Source of the DNA: Lachnospiraceae bacterium
GTDB lineage: Bacteria; Bacillota; Clostridia; Lachnospirales; Lachnospiraceae
Assembly (NCBI GenBank): GCA_024691565.1
Contig: JAILNN010000174.1
Location: 1-59,472, forward strand
Reading direction: 5' to 3'
DNA length: 59,472 bases
Below are positions 48,861 through 58,404 of this stretch, piece after piece. Positions within the stretch are counted from its first letter, which is position 1. Each line of letters starts with the position of its first letter. Both the position numbers and the translations under genes were made by a program. The notes beneath the pieces were generated by a model, which saw nothing but the letters and a program-made list of their open reading frames with translations, had not been told where the DNA came from and did no database searches.

Positions 48861-50438
48861 ATGAATTTAATTTCCTATATTAGAAGTTCTATAAAGCTTA
48901 AATTTATGCTGATGGTGGCATTTGTTTTCACTTTTCTTATTCTTCTTGTTGCAATTGCTAATGTTGTGTTTCTTCCAAAATATTATCAGTTTAGAAAGCT
49001 AAGTTCGTTGTCTTCGACAATGACTAAGGTTAATTGCATTATTGATAAAGAGGATGCTTTTTTGGAAGATACTGATAATGGATTTAGTGATGATGCAATT
49101 CGCGAGTTTGAAAAGATGGAAGCGGATGGAGCTCTTTATATGTATGTTTTTCAACCTTATATTCTTTTTGATAAGGTTATTTGTGATATTGATTTTCCTT
49201 CTAAGGATGCTATTAATGAAACCGAAAGTCGAGAGGTTCGTGAGAAGGTTAGAAACTATGTCCTTCGTGACATGGATATGGAAAAATTGATTGAAGATGA
49301 TGATAAAGAAAAAATGATTTCTGAGATGGAAAATGCATCCATCTATATGGTTTATGATGATAGAATCGGTTCTTACTATGTTGAGTTGTTTGGTTGTCTA
49401 GATTGTGGTTCATATATCTATATGAGAACAAATTTCCAAAGTATTAAAGAAAGTATTAGTATTTCCAATAAATTCCTTGCGTATATTGGTATTTTTGCTA
49501 TGTTTTTTGGTATGATTATCATGTTTATGGTAAGTAATAGTGTTATTTCTCCAATTAAGAGGATGACTTGCATTGCCGAGAAGATGGCAAATTTGGATTT
49601 TGAGGCTAAATATCCAGTTACTACAAATGATGAAATTGGTCAATTGGGAGGTAGTATTAATACGTTGTCTGAAACTCTTGAGACTACAATTTCTGATTTG
49701 AAAACGGCTAATAATGAGCTGAAGAATGATATTGAGCAAAAAACTCAGATTGATGAAATGCGTAAGGACTTTTTATCTAATGTTTCTCATGAATTAAAAA
49801 CTCCAATTGCCCTTATTCAGGGATATGCAGAGGGACTTGCGGATAATATTAATGATGATTATGAGAGTCGAAAGTTTTATTGCGATGTTATTCAAGATGA
49901 GGCTGCTAAGATGAATAATATGGTTAAGAAGCTTTTAACCTTGAATCAGATTGAGTTCCAAAGTGGTATGGCTAGTTTTGAGCGTTTTGATATTGTTCAG
50001 GTTGTAAATTCGGTTGTTAATTCTGCGAGATTACTTGCTGATCAGAAAGAAGCTGAGATTGAAATTGATGACCATGATTCTATTTTCGTTTGGGCTGATG
50101 AATATTTGATTGAAGAGGTTATTACTAACTATGTTAGTAATGCGATTAATCATGTTGATTTTGAAAAGAAGATTCATGTTTATTATGAAGATAAAAAAGA
50201 TGTTCTTAGGATTAATGTATTTAATACCGGACTTCCAATTCCTGAGGAAGATATTGATAAGGTTTGGATTAAGTTCTATAAGGTTGATAAGGCTAGAACA
50301 CGAGAATATGGTGGAAGTGGTATTGGACTTTCGATTGTTAAGGCTATTATGGACTCGATGAACAGAGAATGTGGCGTTGAAAATAAAGATAATGGTGTTA
50401 ATTTCTGGTTTGAAGTGGATAAAAAGGTTGAAACATAA
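48861..50438 (+). CDS. Sensor histidine kinase (2 TM, HAMP, HisKA, HATPase_c)
   Basis: Two TM segments flank a domain of about 150 aa. HAMP (PIKRM...DEIGQL), H-box FLSNVSHELKTPI, N/G boxes (NAINH, GGSGIGLSIV). Starts 1 nt after the RR stop. Confidence 0.9.
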   Translation: MNLISYIRSSIKLKFMLMVAFVFTFLILLVAIANVVFLPKYYQFRKLSSLSSTMTKVNCIIDKEDAFLEDTDNGFSDDAIREFEKMEADGALYMYVFQPYILFDKVICDIDFPSKDAINETESREVREKVRNYVLRDMDMEKLIEDDDKEKMISEMENASIYMVYDDRIGSYYVELFGCLDCGSYIYMRTNFQSIKESISISNKFLAYIGIFAMFFGMIIMFMVSNSVISPIKRMTCIAEKMANLDFEAKYPVTTNDEIGQLGGSINTLSETLETTISDLKTANNELKNDIEQKTQIDEMRKDFLSNVSHELKTPIALIQGYAEGLADNINDDYESRKFYCDVIQDEAAKMNNMVKKLLTLNQIEFQSGMASFERFDIVQVVNSVVNSARLLADQKEAEIEIDDHDSIFVWADEYLIEEVITNYVSNAINHVDFEKKIHVYYEDKKDVLRINVFNTGLPIPEEDIDKVWIKFYKVDKARTREYGGSGIGLSIVKAIMDSMNRECGVENKDNGVNFWFEVDKKVET

Positions 50439-50492
50439 GCGATTATAAATTAAAATAAATGAGCAAGTTTTTGTAATAAGAGAGGTTTTAAG

Positions 50493-50981
50493 ATGGAAAA
50501 GATTTCTGATGAAGATGAAGAGGTCGAAGTACTCGAATTCAGGATTGGAAATAATTATTATGGTATTTTTACTTCTTTTGTGAAGGAAATTGTTCCAGTT
50601 CCGGTTGTTACTTCGTTACCAAATTGTGATCCTAGGGTCGAAGGGATTTTTATGCTTCGTGATAAGGTATATTCGGTTGTTAATTTGCCTTATATTTTAA
50701 CTGGCAGTACACATAGAAGTGATGATAATAAGGATATTAATAAGCCATTAAGTGTGATTTCTACGGAGCGTTTTATTATTGTTAGAGTTTTTCATATGAA
50801 TATTACATTTCATGTTGAAGAAGTTTCTAAAATGAAGTTTGTTAAGAAGTCTGAAATTGAGAGTCCGGATGCTGCTATTAAAAACGCTGGAAATGGTGTG
50901 CAGATAGGGATTATTCATGATGATGACAGGCTTGTTATCTTGCTTGATTTTGAAAAAATTATTAAAGATATTGTTGTTTAA
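50493..50981 (+). CDS. CheW-like domain protein (orphan)
   Basis: VLEFRIGNNYYGI...EIVPVP..., EGIFMLRDKVYSVVNL, LVILLDFEKI are typical of CheW. No other che/mcp/flagellar genes occur in the window. Confidence 0.7.
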   Translation: MEKISDEDEEVEVLEFRIGNNYYGIFTSFVKEIVPVPVVTSLPNCDPRVEGIFMLRDKVYSVVNLPYILTGSTHRSDDNKDINKPLSVISTERFIIVRVFHMNITFHVEEVSKMKFVKKSEIESPDAAIKNAGNGVQIGIIHDDDRLVILLDFEKIIKDIVV

Positions 50982-51002
50982 CATAGTGTGGAAAGGATGC
51001 AA

Positions 51003-51608
51003 ATGATAGCGATTATTGATTATGATGCTGGTAACATTAAGAGTGTTGAGAAGGCTGTTAAGTTTTTAGGCTTTGATTGTGTTACCACTAGGGACAAGGA
51101 TGTTATTGATTCTGCTGACAAGTTGATTTTACCGGGTGTAGGGGCCTTTGGTGATGCAATGGAGAAGCTTAATTCTTTTGGTTTGGTTGATGTTATTAAG
51201 AGTAATGTTGAAAAGAATAAACCACTTCTTGGAATTTGTCTTGGAATGCAGATTTTGTTTGAAGAGGGAGATGAGTCACCTGGTGTTATGGGACTTGGTC
51301 TTCTTGGCGGAAAGATTAAGAGACTACCTGAAAAGGAAGGTTTTAAGATTCCTCATATGGGTTGGAATAGTATCGATATTAACCCTGAGAAGAGCCTTTT
51401 TAAGGGAATACCTAATAATACCTATGTGTATTTTGTGCATTCATATTATCTGGATGCTACTGATAAGTCTCAGGTTGCTGCAACTGCTGAATATACAACG
51501 ACTATTGATGCTTCTGTTCAGCATAATAATATTTTTGGATGTCAATTTCATCCAGAAAAAAGTGGCGATTTAGGTCTTCAGATTTTGAAAAATTATTGTG
51601 AGGGTTGA
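51003..51608 (+). CDS. hisH: Imidazole glycerol phosphate synthase, glutamine amidotransferase subunit
   Basis: MIAIIDYDAGN, LPGVGAFG, GICLGMQ (catalytic Cys), FHPEKS. The ATG at 51003 follows GAAAGGA. Confidence 0.9.
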   Translation: MIAIIDYDAGNIKSVEKAVKFLGFDCVTTRDKDVIDSADKLILPGVGAFGDAMEKLNSFGLVDVIKSNVEKNKPLLGICLGMQILFEEGDESPGVMGLGLLGGKIKRLPEKEGFKIPHMGWNSIDINPEKSLFKGIPNNTYVYFVHSYYLDATDKSQVAATAEYTTTIDASVQHNNIFGCQFHPEKSGDLGLQILKNYCEG

Positions 51609-51618
51609 TTAGATCATC

Positions 51619-52215
51619 ATGGAAAATAATAATAGTAATTCACCTATGTTTACGGGTACTAAAGAGAGAATAGTTAAGATTATTGTATGCTTTTTGTCAT
51701 CTGTTTTTATAGGTTTGATTATCGGAAATATGATGTGTGTCTTTGAAAATTTGATTAAAAAATCTGATAACGATATTTTTACAATTGCTTGTATTGTATC
51801 GATTGTGATTTTTACAATTCTTTGTTGGTTCTTTATTTTTAGAAGAACTGATATTACTGCATATTCAAAGACTGCATGTGTTTTTGTGTCATATTTATTT
51901 ACAGCTGGTACAATTCTTATTTTTAGTGATGTTTGGTATGCTATCTTTTTTGGTGGAATAATTCGAGGTGCTGATAGAGTTAAGGCTATTAAAGGAATGC
52001 TTATTGACACTGAGGTTATGTTTATGACGTTTTTACCATTGTCACTTCTTGTGTTGGTTGTCATTTATGTGATTTATATGATTATTAAGGTTAGGAAGGT
52101 TTTAAGCGAGCCGGTTGAGCATGCTGAGTTTAAGAATGTTGTTAAAGATGAAGATACGCAGGAAGATGGAGGCTTGGAGGGTAGCGATAAGGAAATAAAG
52201 GAAGTTAAAGAGTAA
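51619..52215 (+). CDS. Hypothetical polytopic membrane protein inserted between hisH and hisF
   Basis: 4-5 hydrophobic helices and an acidic C-terminal tail. Same strand and tight spacing with hisH and hisF. Weak RBS. Confidence 0.55.
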   Translation: MENNNSNSPMFTGTKERIVKIIVCFLSSVFIGLIIGNMMCVFENLIKKSDNDIFTIACIVSIVIFTILCWFFIFRRTDITAYSKTACVFVSYLFTAGTILIFSDVWYAIFFGGIIRGADRVKAIKGMLIDTEVMFMTFLPLSLLVLVVIYVIYMIIKVRKVLSEPVEHAEFKNVVKDEDTQEDGGLEGSDKEIKEVKE

Positions 52216-52225
52216 GGAGATATTA

Positions 52226-52993
52226 ATGTTTACAAAAAGAATTATACCTTGTTTGGATGTTAATAATGGAAGAGTTGTTAAGGGAGTTAACTTTGTTGAT
52301 TTGAGGGATGCTGGAGACCCAGTTGAGGTTGGTAGAGCATATGGTGAAGCTGGCGCGGATGAGCTTGTTTTCCTTGATATTACTGCTTCTAGTGATGCGC
52401 GTAAGACTGTGGTTGATATGGTTAGGAGAGTTGCTGAAACTGTCTTTATTCCATTTACTGTTGGTGGTGGTATTAGAACAGTTGAAGATTTTAAGGTGCT
52501 TTTGAGAGAGGGAGCTGATAAGATTTCAGTTAATTCTGCTGCTATTATGAATCCAGATTTGATTTCAGAGGCCGCTCTTAAGTTTGGTAGCCAGTGTGTT
52601 GTTGTGGCTATCGATGCTAAAAGAAGAGAGGATGGCGGCTGGAATATTTATAAAAATGGTGGTCGTGTTGATATGGGAATCGACGCTGTTGAATGGGCTA
52701 TTGAGGCCGAGAAAAAAGGTGCTGGTGAGATTCTTCTTACTAGTATGGATTGCGATGGTACAAAGGCTGGATATGATATCTCGCTTACTAGAACCATTGC
52801 TGATAGCGTTAAGATTCCTGTTATTGCATCTGGTGGTGCTGGAGAGCTTTCTCATTTTAAGGATGCCTTTACAGAGGGGCATGCTCAGGCTGCGCTTGCT
52901 GCATCATTATTCCACTATAAAGAACTTGAAATTAATCAGGTGAAATCATATTTACAGAAAGAAGGAATTAGTGTTAGATATGTCGGCGATTGA
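52226..52993 (+). CDS. hisF: Imidazole glycerol phosphate synthase, cyclase subunit
   Basis: [41 protein letters not shown]. Near-colinear by eye with canonical HisF. Confidence 0.93.
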   Translation: MFTKRIIPCLDVNNGRVVKGVNFVDLRDAGDPVEVGRAYGEAGADELVFLDITASSDARKTVVDMVRRVAETVFIPFTVGGGIRTVEDFKVLLREGADKISVNSAAIMNPDLISEAALKFGSQCVVVAIDAKRREDGGWNIYKNGGRVDMGIDAVEWAIEAEKKGAGEILLTSMDCDGTKAGYDISLTRTIADSVKIPVIASGGAGELSHFKDAFTEGHAQAALAASLFHYKELEINQVKSYLQKEGISVRYVGD

Positions 52994-53657
52994 GAATGAC
53001 TGGTATCCGGTTTTAAGGAGTGAATTTGCTAAGCCGTATTATAAAAAACTATATAATTTTGTTAAGGATGAGTATTCGAATTACAAGATTTACCCGAAGG
53101 CAGATGATATTTTTACTGCCTTCCATTTGACTCCGCTTTCTAAGGTGAAGGTGGTTATTTTGGGGCAAGACCCATATCATAATGAGAATCAGGCACATGG
53201 GCTTTCGTTTTCTGTGCCAGTTTCGCAGAAGGAAATTCCGCCTTCGCTTGTGAATATTTATAAGGAACTCCATGATGATCTTGGGTGTTATATTCCTAAT
53301 AATGGAAATCTTGTTAAATGGGCAGACGAGGGTGTTTTACTTTTGAATACAGTTTTGACTGTTAGGGCACATCAGGCTAATTCGCATGCTAAGCAGGGAT
53401 GGGAAGAGTTTACTGATGCGGTTCTAAGGGCGGTTAACGAGGTGGATAGACCTGTGGTTTATATGCTTTGGGGTAGACCTGCACAGAGTAAAATTCCTAT
53501 GTTAACTAATCCTAAACATTTGATTTTAAAATCTCCGCATCCAAGTCCATTATCGGCTTATCGCGGATTTTTTGGTTGTAAGCACTTTAGTTTGGCTAAT
53601 GAGTTTTTGAAGGAAAATGGATTAGAAGAGATTGATTGGCAGATTGAGAATATTTAA
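52971..53657 (+). CDS. ung: Uracil-DNA glycosylase
   Basis: [21 protein letters not shown] and HPSPLS motifs. The start is the GTG at 52971 (after AGAAGGA) or the ATG at 52980. It overlaps the hisF 3' end. Confidence 0.9.
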   Translation: MLDMSAIENDWYPVLRSEFAKPYYKKLYNFVKDEYSNYKIYPKADDIFTAFHLTPLSKVKVVILGQDPYHNENQAHGLSFSVPVSQKEIPPSLVNIYKELHDDLGCYIPNNGNLVKWADEGVLLLNTVLTVRAHQANSHAKQGWEEFTDAVLRAVNEVDRPVVYMLWGRPAQSKIPMLTNPKHLILKSPHPSPLSAYRGFFGCKHFSLANEFLKENGLEEIDWQIENI

Positions 53658-53685
53658 AATTTGAAAAGAATTGAGGAGAAATGAT

Positions 53686-54651
53686 ATGTATTATATAAAG
53701 GATTATAAAGAGGGAGAGAAGTTTTACGGAGTTTATCTTTGTAAGACTAAGCAGGTTAACAAGTCTAAGAACGGAAAGACATATTACAATGTTGATTTGC
53801 AGGATAAAACGGGAGTTATTAATGGTAAAATTTGGGAGCTTTCTAATGCCATTGAGACCTTTGAAGAGGGAGATTTTGTTCATGTTGAAGGCATGGTGAC
53901 AAGTTATCAGGAGAAGCTTCAGGTTAATATTAATAGAGTTAGAAGAGCAGATGAGGGGGAGTATGATGAAAAGGAATATTTCCCTGTTTCTAAGTATTCT
54001 GTCGATAAGATGTATGATAATCTAATTAAGCTTGTTAATTCTGTTGAAGAGGAGCATTTAAATAAACTTCTTAAGGGTTTCTTTGTGGATGACCCGGATT
54101 TTGTTAAGAAATTTAAAGTTCATTCTGCTGCTAAGTCAATGCACCATGGCTTTATTTCAGGACTATTACAGCATTCAATTACGGTTGCTAATATCTGTGA
54201 TTATATGTCAAAGATTTATCCTATTTTAGATAGGGATTTGCTTATTACATCAGCCTTACTTCATGATGTTGGAAAGTTGACTGAATTATATCCTTTCCCT
54301 AAGAATGACTATACAGACGATGGTCAGCTTCTTGGACATATTTATATTGGGGCTGAAATGATTAGTCGAAAAGCAGATGATATTCCTGGTTTTCCTCATG
54401 TTTTAAAGTCTGAACTTTTGCATTGTATCCTTGCTCATCACGGCGAACTTGAGTATGGTTCACCTAAAAAACCTGCGCTTGCAGAGGCTCTTGCACTTAG
54501 TCATGCTGATAATATGGATGCTAAGATGGAGGCTGTTATTGAGTTATATGAGGCAAATGATCCTGATACAAATTGGTTTGGTTTTCAGAGAATGTTTGAG
54601 AGTAATTTGAGACAGTCTAGTGGAACTGTAAAGAAAAGATTGGATAAATAG
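53686..54651 (+). CDS. yhaM: 3'-5' exoribonuclease YhaM-like (OB fold + HD domain)
   Basis: N-terminal OB-fold (YYNVDLQDKTGVINGKIWE) and an HD domain (HHGF..GLLQHS, LLHDVGK, HHGELEYGSP). The ATG at 53686 lies 7 nt after GAGGAG. Confidence 0.75.
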   Translation: MYYIKDYKEGEKFYGVYLCKTKQVNKSKNGKTYYNVDLQDKTGVINGKIWELSNAIETFEEGDFVHVEGMVTSYQEKLQVNINRVRRADEGEYDEKEYFPVSKYSVDKMYDNLIKLVNSVEEEHLNKLLKGFFVDDPDFVKKFKVHSAAKSMHHGFISGLLQHSITVANICDYMSKIYPILDRDLLITSALLHDVGKLTELYPFPKNDYTDDGQLLGHIYIGAEMISRKADDIPGFPHVLKSELLHCILAHHGELEYGSPKKPALAEALALSHADNMDAKMEAVIELYEANDPDTNWFGFQRMFESNLRQSSGTVKKRLDK

Positions 54652-54714
54652 TTACTTTTGTGATTTGGATTTATTAGTTTGATTTTTTATATATAGGATG
54701 TTGGAGTGAATAAT

Positions 54715-56268
54715 ATGGCATCAAATAAGGGTATGAATAAAAAGTTTAATAAAAATGATATTGTGGATGTGCATATTACTGACATCGGTAATGATGGCGA
54801 GGGAATCGGTCATGTTGACGGATATGCTATTTTTGTTAAAGGTGCTCTTCCTGGAGACCTTGTTAAGGCGCATATTTTAAAGGCTAAGAAGAATTTTGCC
54901 TTTGCTAAGGTTGAAGAAATTATTGAACCTTCGAAAAATCGTGTTGCGCCAAAATGTGCTATTGCTGAGAAGTGTGGTGGTTGTTCATTACAACATATGG
55001 ATTATGAGGCTCAGCTTAAGTGGAAAGAAAAGAAGATTTTAGAGTGTATTAAGAGAATTGGTGGATATGAAGAAGATGAGTTTACTTACCTAAATATTCT
55101 TGGATATTATTATGAATTAGAGTCGGGTGATTTGGGTGAGTCTACTAGAAAATTTCCTTCTAGGTTTAGGAATAAGGCTCAATTTCCTGTTGGAGTTGAT
55201 AAAGAGGGAAGACTTATATCGGGCTTTTTTGCGGGAAGAAGCCATAGTATTATTCCGACAGAGGATTGTTTGATTCAGTCGGAATATTCTGCGTTAATTA
55301 ATAAGGCTGTTTTGGAATATATGAAGGAAAATAATGTTAGACCATATGATGAAGTCAATGGCACTGGTGTTATTAGACATATAATTTCTAGGGTGGCTTA
55401 TTTTACTGATGAAATTATGGTTTGCATTGTTATTAATGCAGATAAGATTAAGTATGAAGATGGGCTTATTGAGAGACTTGTTGCACTGAATTCTAGTGAT
55501 ATTTTTGTTAAGAATAATAAGAAGATTTGTAGTATCTCTTTGAATATAAATCGTGAAAAGAATAATGTTATTCTTGGAATAAAGACAGAGTGTATTTATG
55601 GAAAGAGTACTATTCAGGATAAGATAGGAGATATTTTGTTTAATATTTCTCCTGTTTCATTTTTTCAGGTTAATCCAATCCAGACTAAGAAATTATATGA
55701 TACTGTGCTTGATTTTACTGATTTTAAGGGTGATGAGACAGTATATGATTTGTATTGTGGTATTGGAAGTATTTCTCTTTATGTTGCAAATCACGTTAAA
55801 AAGGTTGTTGGTGTTGAAATCGTTGAAAAAGCAATAGACGATGCTAAGGAGAATGCTAAGCTTAATCATATTTCTAATGCTGAGTTTTATGCTGGGGCCG
55901 CAGAAGAGGTTGTTCCTAAGCTATATGAGGAGTCTAATGGAGCACTTAGGGCGGATGTTGTTATTGTTGATCCGCCTAGAAAAGGATGCGATGAGGTTCT
56001 TCTTGATACCATTGTTAAGATGGAACCTGAGAAAATTGTTTATGTGAGTTGTGACCCTGCAACTCTTGCGAGAGATTTGAAGATTTTACGTGAAAAAGGA
56101 TATAAACTTGTTATTGCAAGAGGAACGGACATGTTCTGTCATAGTGTGCATGTGGAGACGGTCGCGCTTTTGAACAACAAATTTGCCAAGGCAAAGGATT
56201 TTGTTCAGATCGGAATAGATGCAGAGGATTATTACAGAATCAAGGATTCTGAAAAGAAGACGGAATAA
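54715..56268 (+). CDS. rumA: 23S rRNA (uracil-5)-methyltransferase RumA/RlmD family (TRAM + Fe-S + SAM MTase) with a non-canonical C-terminal tail
   Basis: TRAM domain (GEGIGHVDGYAIFVKGALPGD), Cys cluster (C..CGGCSLQH), SAM motif (DLYCGIGS), DPPRKG, YVSCDPATLARD, MFCHSVHVETV. Confidence 0.88.
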   Translation: MASNKGMNKKFNKNDIVDVHITDIGNDGEGIGHVDGYAIFVKGALPGDLVKAHILKAKKNFAFAKVEEIIEPSKNRVAPKCAIAEKCGGCSLQHMDYEAQLKWKEKKILECIKRIGGYEEDEFTYLNILGYYYELESGDLGESTRKFPSRFRNKAQFPVGVDKEGRLISGFFAGRSHSIIPTEDCLIQSEYSALINKAVLEYMKENNVRPYDEVNGTGVIRHIISRVAYFTDEIMVCIVINADKIKYEDGLIERLVALNSSDIFVKNNKKICSISLNINREKNNVILGIKTECIYGKSTIQDKIGDILFNISPVSFFQVNPIQTKKLYDTVLDFTDFKGDETVYDLYCGIGSISLYVANHVKKVVGVEIVEKAIDDAKENAKLNHISNAEFYAGAAEEVVPKLYEESNGALRADVVIVDPPRKGCDEVLLDTIVKMEPEKIVYVSCDPATLARDLKILREKGYKLVIARGTDMFCHSVHVETVALLNNKFAKAKDFVQIGIDAEDYYRIKDSEKKTE

Positions 56269-56325
56269 ACGTATCAGATGCGATATGTTTATATGTGGTA
56301 GTCAGATTAAAAGGAGAATGGTCAT

Positions 56326-57435
56326 ATGTATGATATCAAAAAGGATCCTTTTGAGGAGTATATAAAGAATCTTCCGCCTTCTCGGAAGGAATTGGGGCAG
56401 GCATGGTCAGCTGCGATAGGTTTACAGGATGTTGATGGTTTAAAACCATCTGAGTATCTGTATTCTACTGCCAGGAAAAATATTGATGGGGAAATCACCA
56501 TAGATGAGGCTGGAGAACGCATCAATTCCTATTATGAGAGTAAACAGGGCAGAACGGAACATAGTACTGAAGAAGCAGACAAGGTTTCACAACGAATTGC
56601 TAAATTGTTGTCAGATAAGTCGTTTGTTTTTTCACCAGCTCAGTATATTTCGATTCATCGGGAATTGTTTATCGGTATTTATTCGCATGCAGGAAAACTG
56701 AGAGATTATAATTTCACAAAGAAAGAATGGGTACTTGATGGAGATACGGTGTCATACGGTCGTGCCTATAATTTGAAGGAAACTCTTGAGTATGATTTTT
56801 CACAGGAACGAGATTTCAGTTATAATGGGCTGACAATGCTGGAGGTAATTAATCATCTTGCGAAATTCATTTCTAGATTATGGCAGATTCACGTATTCGG
56901 AGAGGGTAATACTCGAACAACAGCGGTTTTCTTTATTAAGTATTTGCGACAGCTGGGATTTGATGCAGACAATGACCTGTTTGCCGAGTATTCCTGGTAC
57001 TTTAGAAATTCGTTGGTTAGGGCGAATTACAACAACATACAAAAGAAGATATATGAAACTACGGAGTATTTGGAAAAATTCCTTCGTAATCTTCTTTTGG
57101 GTGAAAAGAACGAACTTCATAATAGAGAAATGCATGTTAGTGGAGTGTTTGTTGTAAAACAGGACATTGACCCAATAAATGACCCAATAAAACAGGACAT
57201 TGGCCCAATAAGTGACCCAATAAATAATAAAACAGGTAGGTCGGGTTTAACCGAAAGAGAGGCAAAAATCGTTGATTTACTACGTAAAGAACCTACATTA
57301 ACCAGAGCTCAGATGGCAGAGATTCTTGGATGTTCAGATGCAACAGTCAAGCGTGCACTTCAATCCCTTGTCCAGAAGAATGCACTTCGCCGTTTTGGTT
57401 CAAGAAAAAAAGGAGAATGGGTAATCATTGAATAA
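56326..57435 (+). CDS. Fic-domain protein with a divergent active-site motif and a C-terminal winged HTH
   Basis: HVFGEGNTRTTA at 56890-56925 versus canonical HxFx(D/E)GNGRxxR. AGKLRDYN lies upstream. The C-terminal segment LTRAQMAEILGCSDATVKRALQSLVQKNALRR is HTH-like. Confidence 0.8.
   Translation: MYDIKKDPFEEYIKNLPPSRKELGQAWSAAIGLQDVDGLKPSEYLYSTARKNIDGEITIDEAGERINSYYESKQGRTEHSTEEADKVSQRIAKLLSDKSFVFSPAQYISIHRELFIGIYSHAGKLRDYNFTKKEWVLDGDTVSYGRAYNLKETLEYDFSQERDFSYNGLTMLEVINHLAKFISRLWQIHVFGEGNTRTTAVFFIKYLRQLGFDADNDLFAEYSWYFRNSLVRANYNNIQKKIYETTEYLEKFLRNLLLGEKNELHNREMHVSGVFVVKQDIDPINDPIKQDIGPISDPINNKTGRSGLTEREAKIVDLLRKEPTLTRAQMAEILGCSDATVKRALQSLVQKNALRRFGSRKKGEWVIIE
57156..57221 (+). repeat. 33-bp tandem repeat x2 (31 of 33 identical) encoding KQDI(D/G)PI(N/S)DPI, plus a partial third unit
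   Basis: aaaacaggacattgacccaataaatgacccaat / aaaacaggacattggcccaataagtgacccaat. AAAACAGG recurs at 57229. Confidence 0.95.
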
Positions 57436-57474
57436 TTTTTTTGCTGTTCATAAGAAAATCGTTAGGAGAATAAC

Positions 57475-57981
57475 ATGGAAATAAAAATACGGGAATGGAG
57501 AATCGAAGATAAATCGGAGCTTGCGGAAAACCTGAATAATATGAATATTCTGAATAATCTCCGTGATGGTTTGCCTTATCCTTATACGGAAAATGATGCA
57601 GAGGATTTTATAAGGGCAATGCTGACGGCAGATAAGGATAAAACATTCGCATTTGCGATAACGCTGGATGATAAAGTTATCGGAAGCATAGGAGTATTTC
57701 GACAGGAGAATATTCATTTTCGTACAGCGGAAATGGGATATTATATTGGTGAGAAATACTGGGGCAACGGATATATGACAGAAGCAGTGAAACGGGCATG
57801 TGACTTTGTATTTGAAAACACAGACATCATCAGAATCTATGCTGAACCGTTTGTTTATAATTCAGCTTCCTGCCGGGTGTTGGAAAAAGCAGGATTTATC
57901 TGTGAAGGGGTTCTGAGGAGTAATGCATACAAGAACGGAAACATCGTTGATATGAAAATGTATGCGCTGGTTAAGCAATAG
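57475..57981 (+). CDS. GNAT-family N-acetyltransferase (RimJ/RimL-like)
   Basis: 168 aa. The acetyl-CoA motif region is YYIGEKYWGNGYMTEAVKRACDFVF, with ASCRVLEKAGF downstream. AGGAG RBS. Confidence 0.8.
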   Translation: MEIKIREWRIEDKSELAENLNNMNILNNLRDGLPYPYTENDAEDFIRAMLTADKDKTFAFAITLDDKVIGSIGVFRQENIHFRTAEMGYYIGEKYWGNGYMTEAVKRACDFVFENTDIIRIYAEPFVYNSASCRVLEKAGFICEGVLRSNAYKNGNIVDMKMYALVKQ

Positions 57982-57982
57982 A

Positions 57983-58039
57983 GTTTTGTTGTTTACAGAA
58001 CCGAACATCGAGACGGTAGTTTCGCTTTCAAGGGTTTAA
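57983..58039 (+). pseudogene. Orphan rumA 3'-terminal fragment (...LLFTEPNIETVVSLSRV*)
   Basis: It shares the 8-mer GAGACGGT (58010-58017) with rumA (56155-56162). Its translation ends like canonical RumA/RlmD C-termini (E. coli ...HLESMVLFSRVK, from memory). No upstream ORF body. Confidence 0.5.
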
Positions 58040-58150
58040 AGCAAAATGCCTCGAAAAGTCTTGAAATCAAAAGGCTTCAGCACTTTAGGATAAAAGCTGG
58101 AGAGGGCATAATAGGGAATTAAGAGTATGTCAGAATAAGCGAGGTATGAA

Positions 58151-58399
58151 ATGGATAAACAGATACTTTTTGATAACATAGACAGAGTACACACAACCGA
58201 CATGGGTGTGGATCGAATAAAGAAAAATCTATCGCTTGATGAAATTGATGTTGTCAAGTGGTGTAAGTCAAAGATATTGTCAGAAAAGGCAGAGATAAGC
58301 AAGCAGGGAAAGAATTGGTATGTTTGTGTCGAAGGTTGCATTATTACCGTGAATGCAAGCAGCTATACCATTATTACAGCTCACAAGAAAAAGAGATAA
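58151..58399 (+). CDS. DUF3781-family small protein
   Basis: 82 aa. NIDRVHTTDMGVDRIKKNL...GKNWYV...IITVNASSYTIITAHK matches the DUF3781 pattern as I recall it. Confidence 0.6.
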   Translation: MDKQILFDNIDRVHTTDMGVDRIKKNLSLDEIDVVKWCKSKILSEKAEISKQGKNWYVCVEGCIITVNASSYTIITAHKKKR

Positions 58400-58404
58400 A
58401 TAAT

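Noticed and set aside
51609-52064. 151-aa minus-strand ORF opposite the hisH-hisF intervening gene
   Set aside because: The + strand frame gives a coherent 4-5 TM protein and fits the operon spacing (10 nt after hisH, 10 nt before hisF). The minus frame has no RBS and would be convergent within an operon. The + strand call itself has only moderate confidence.
58036-58341. 101-aa minus-strand ORF in the island
   Set aside because: It overlaps the better-supported DUF3781 gene on the + strand, has no RBS, and has a low-complexity hydrophobic composition.
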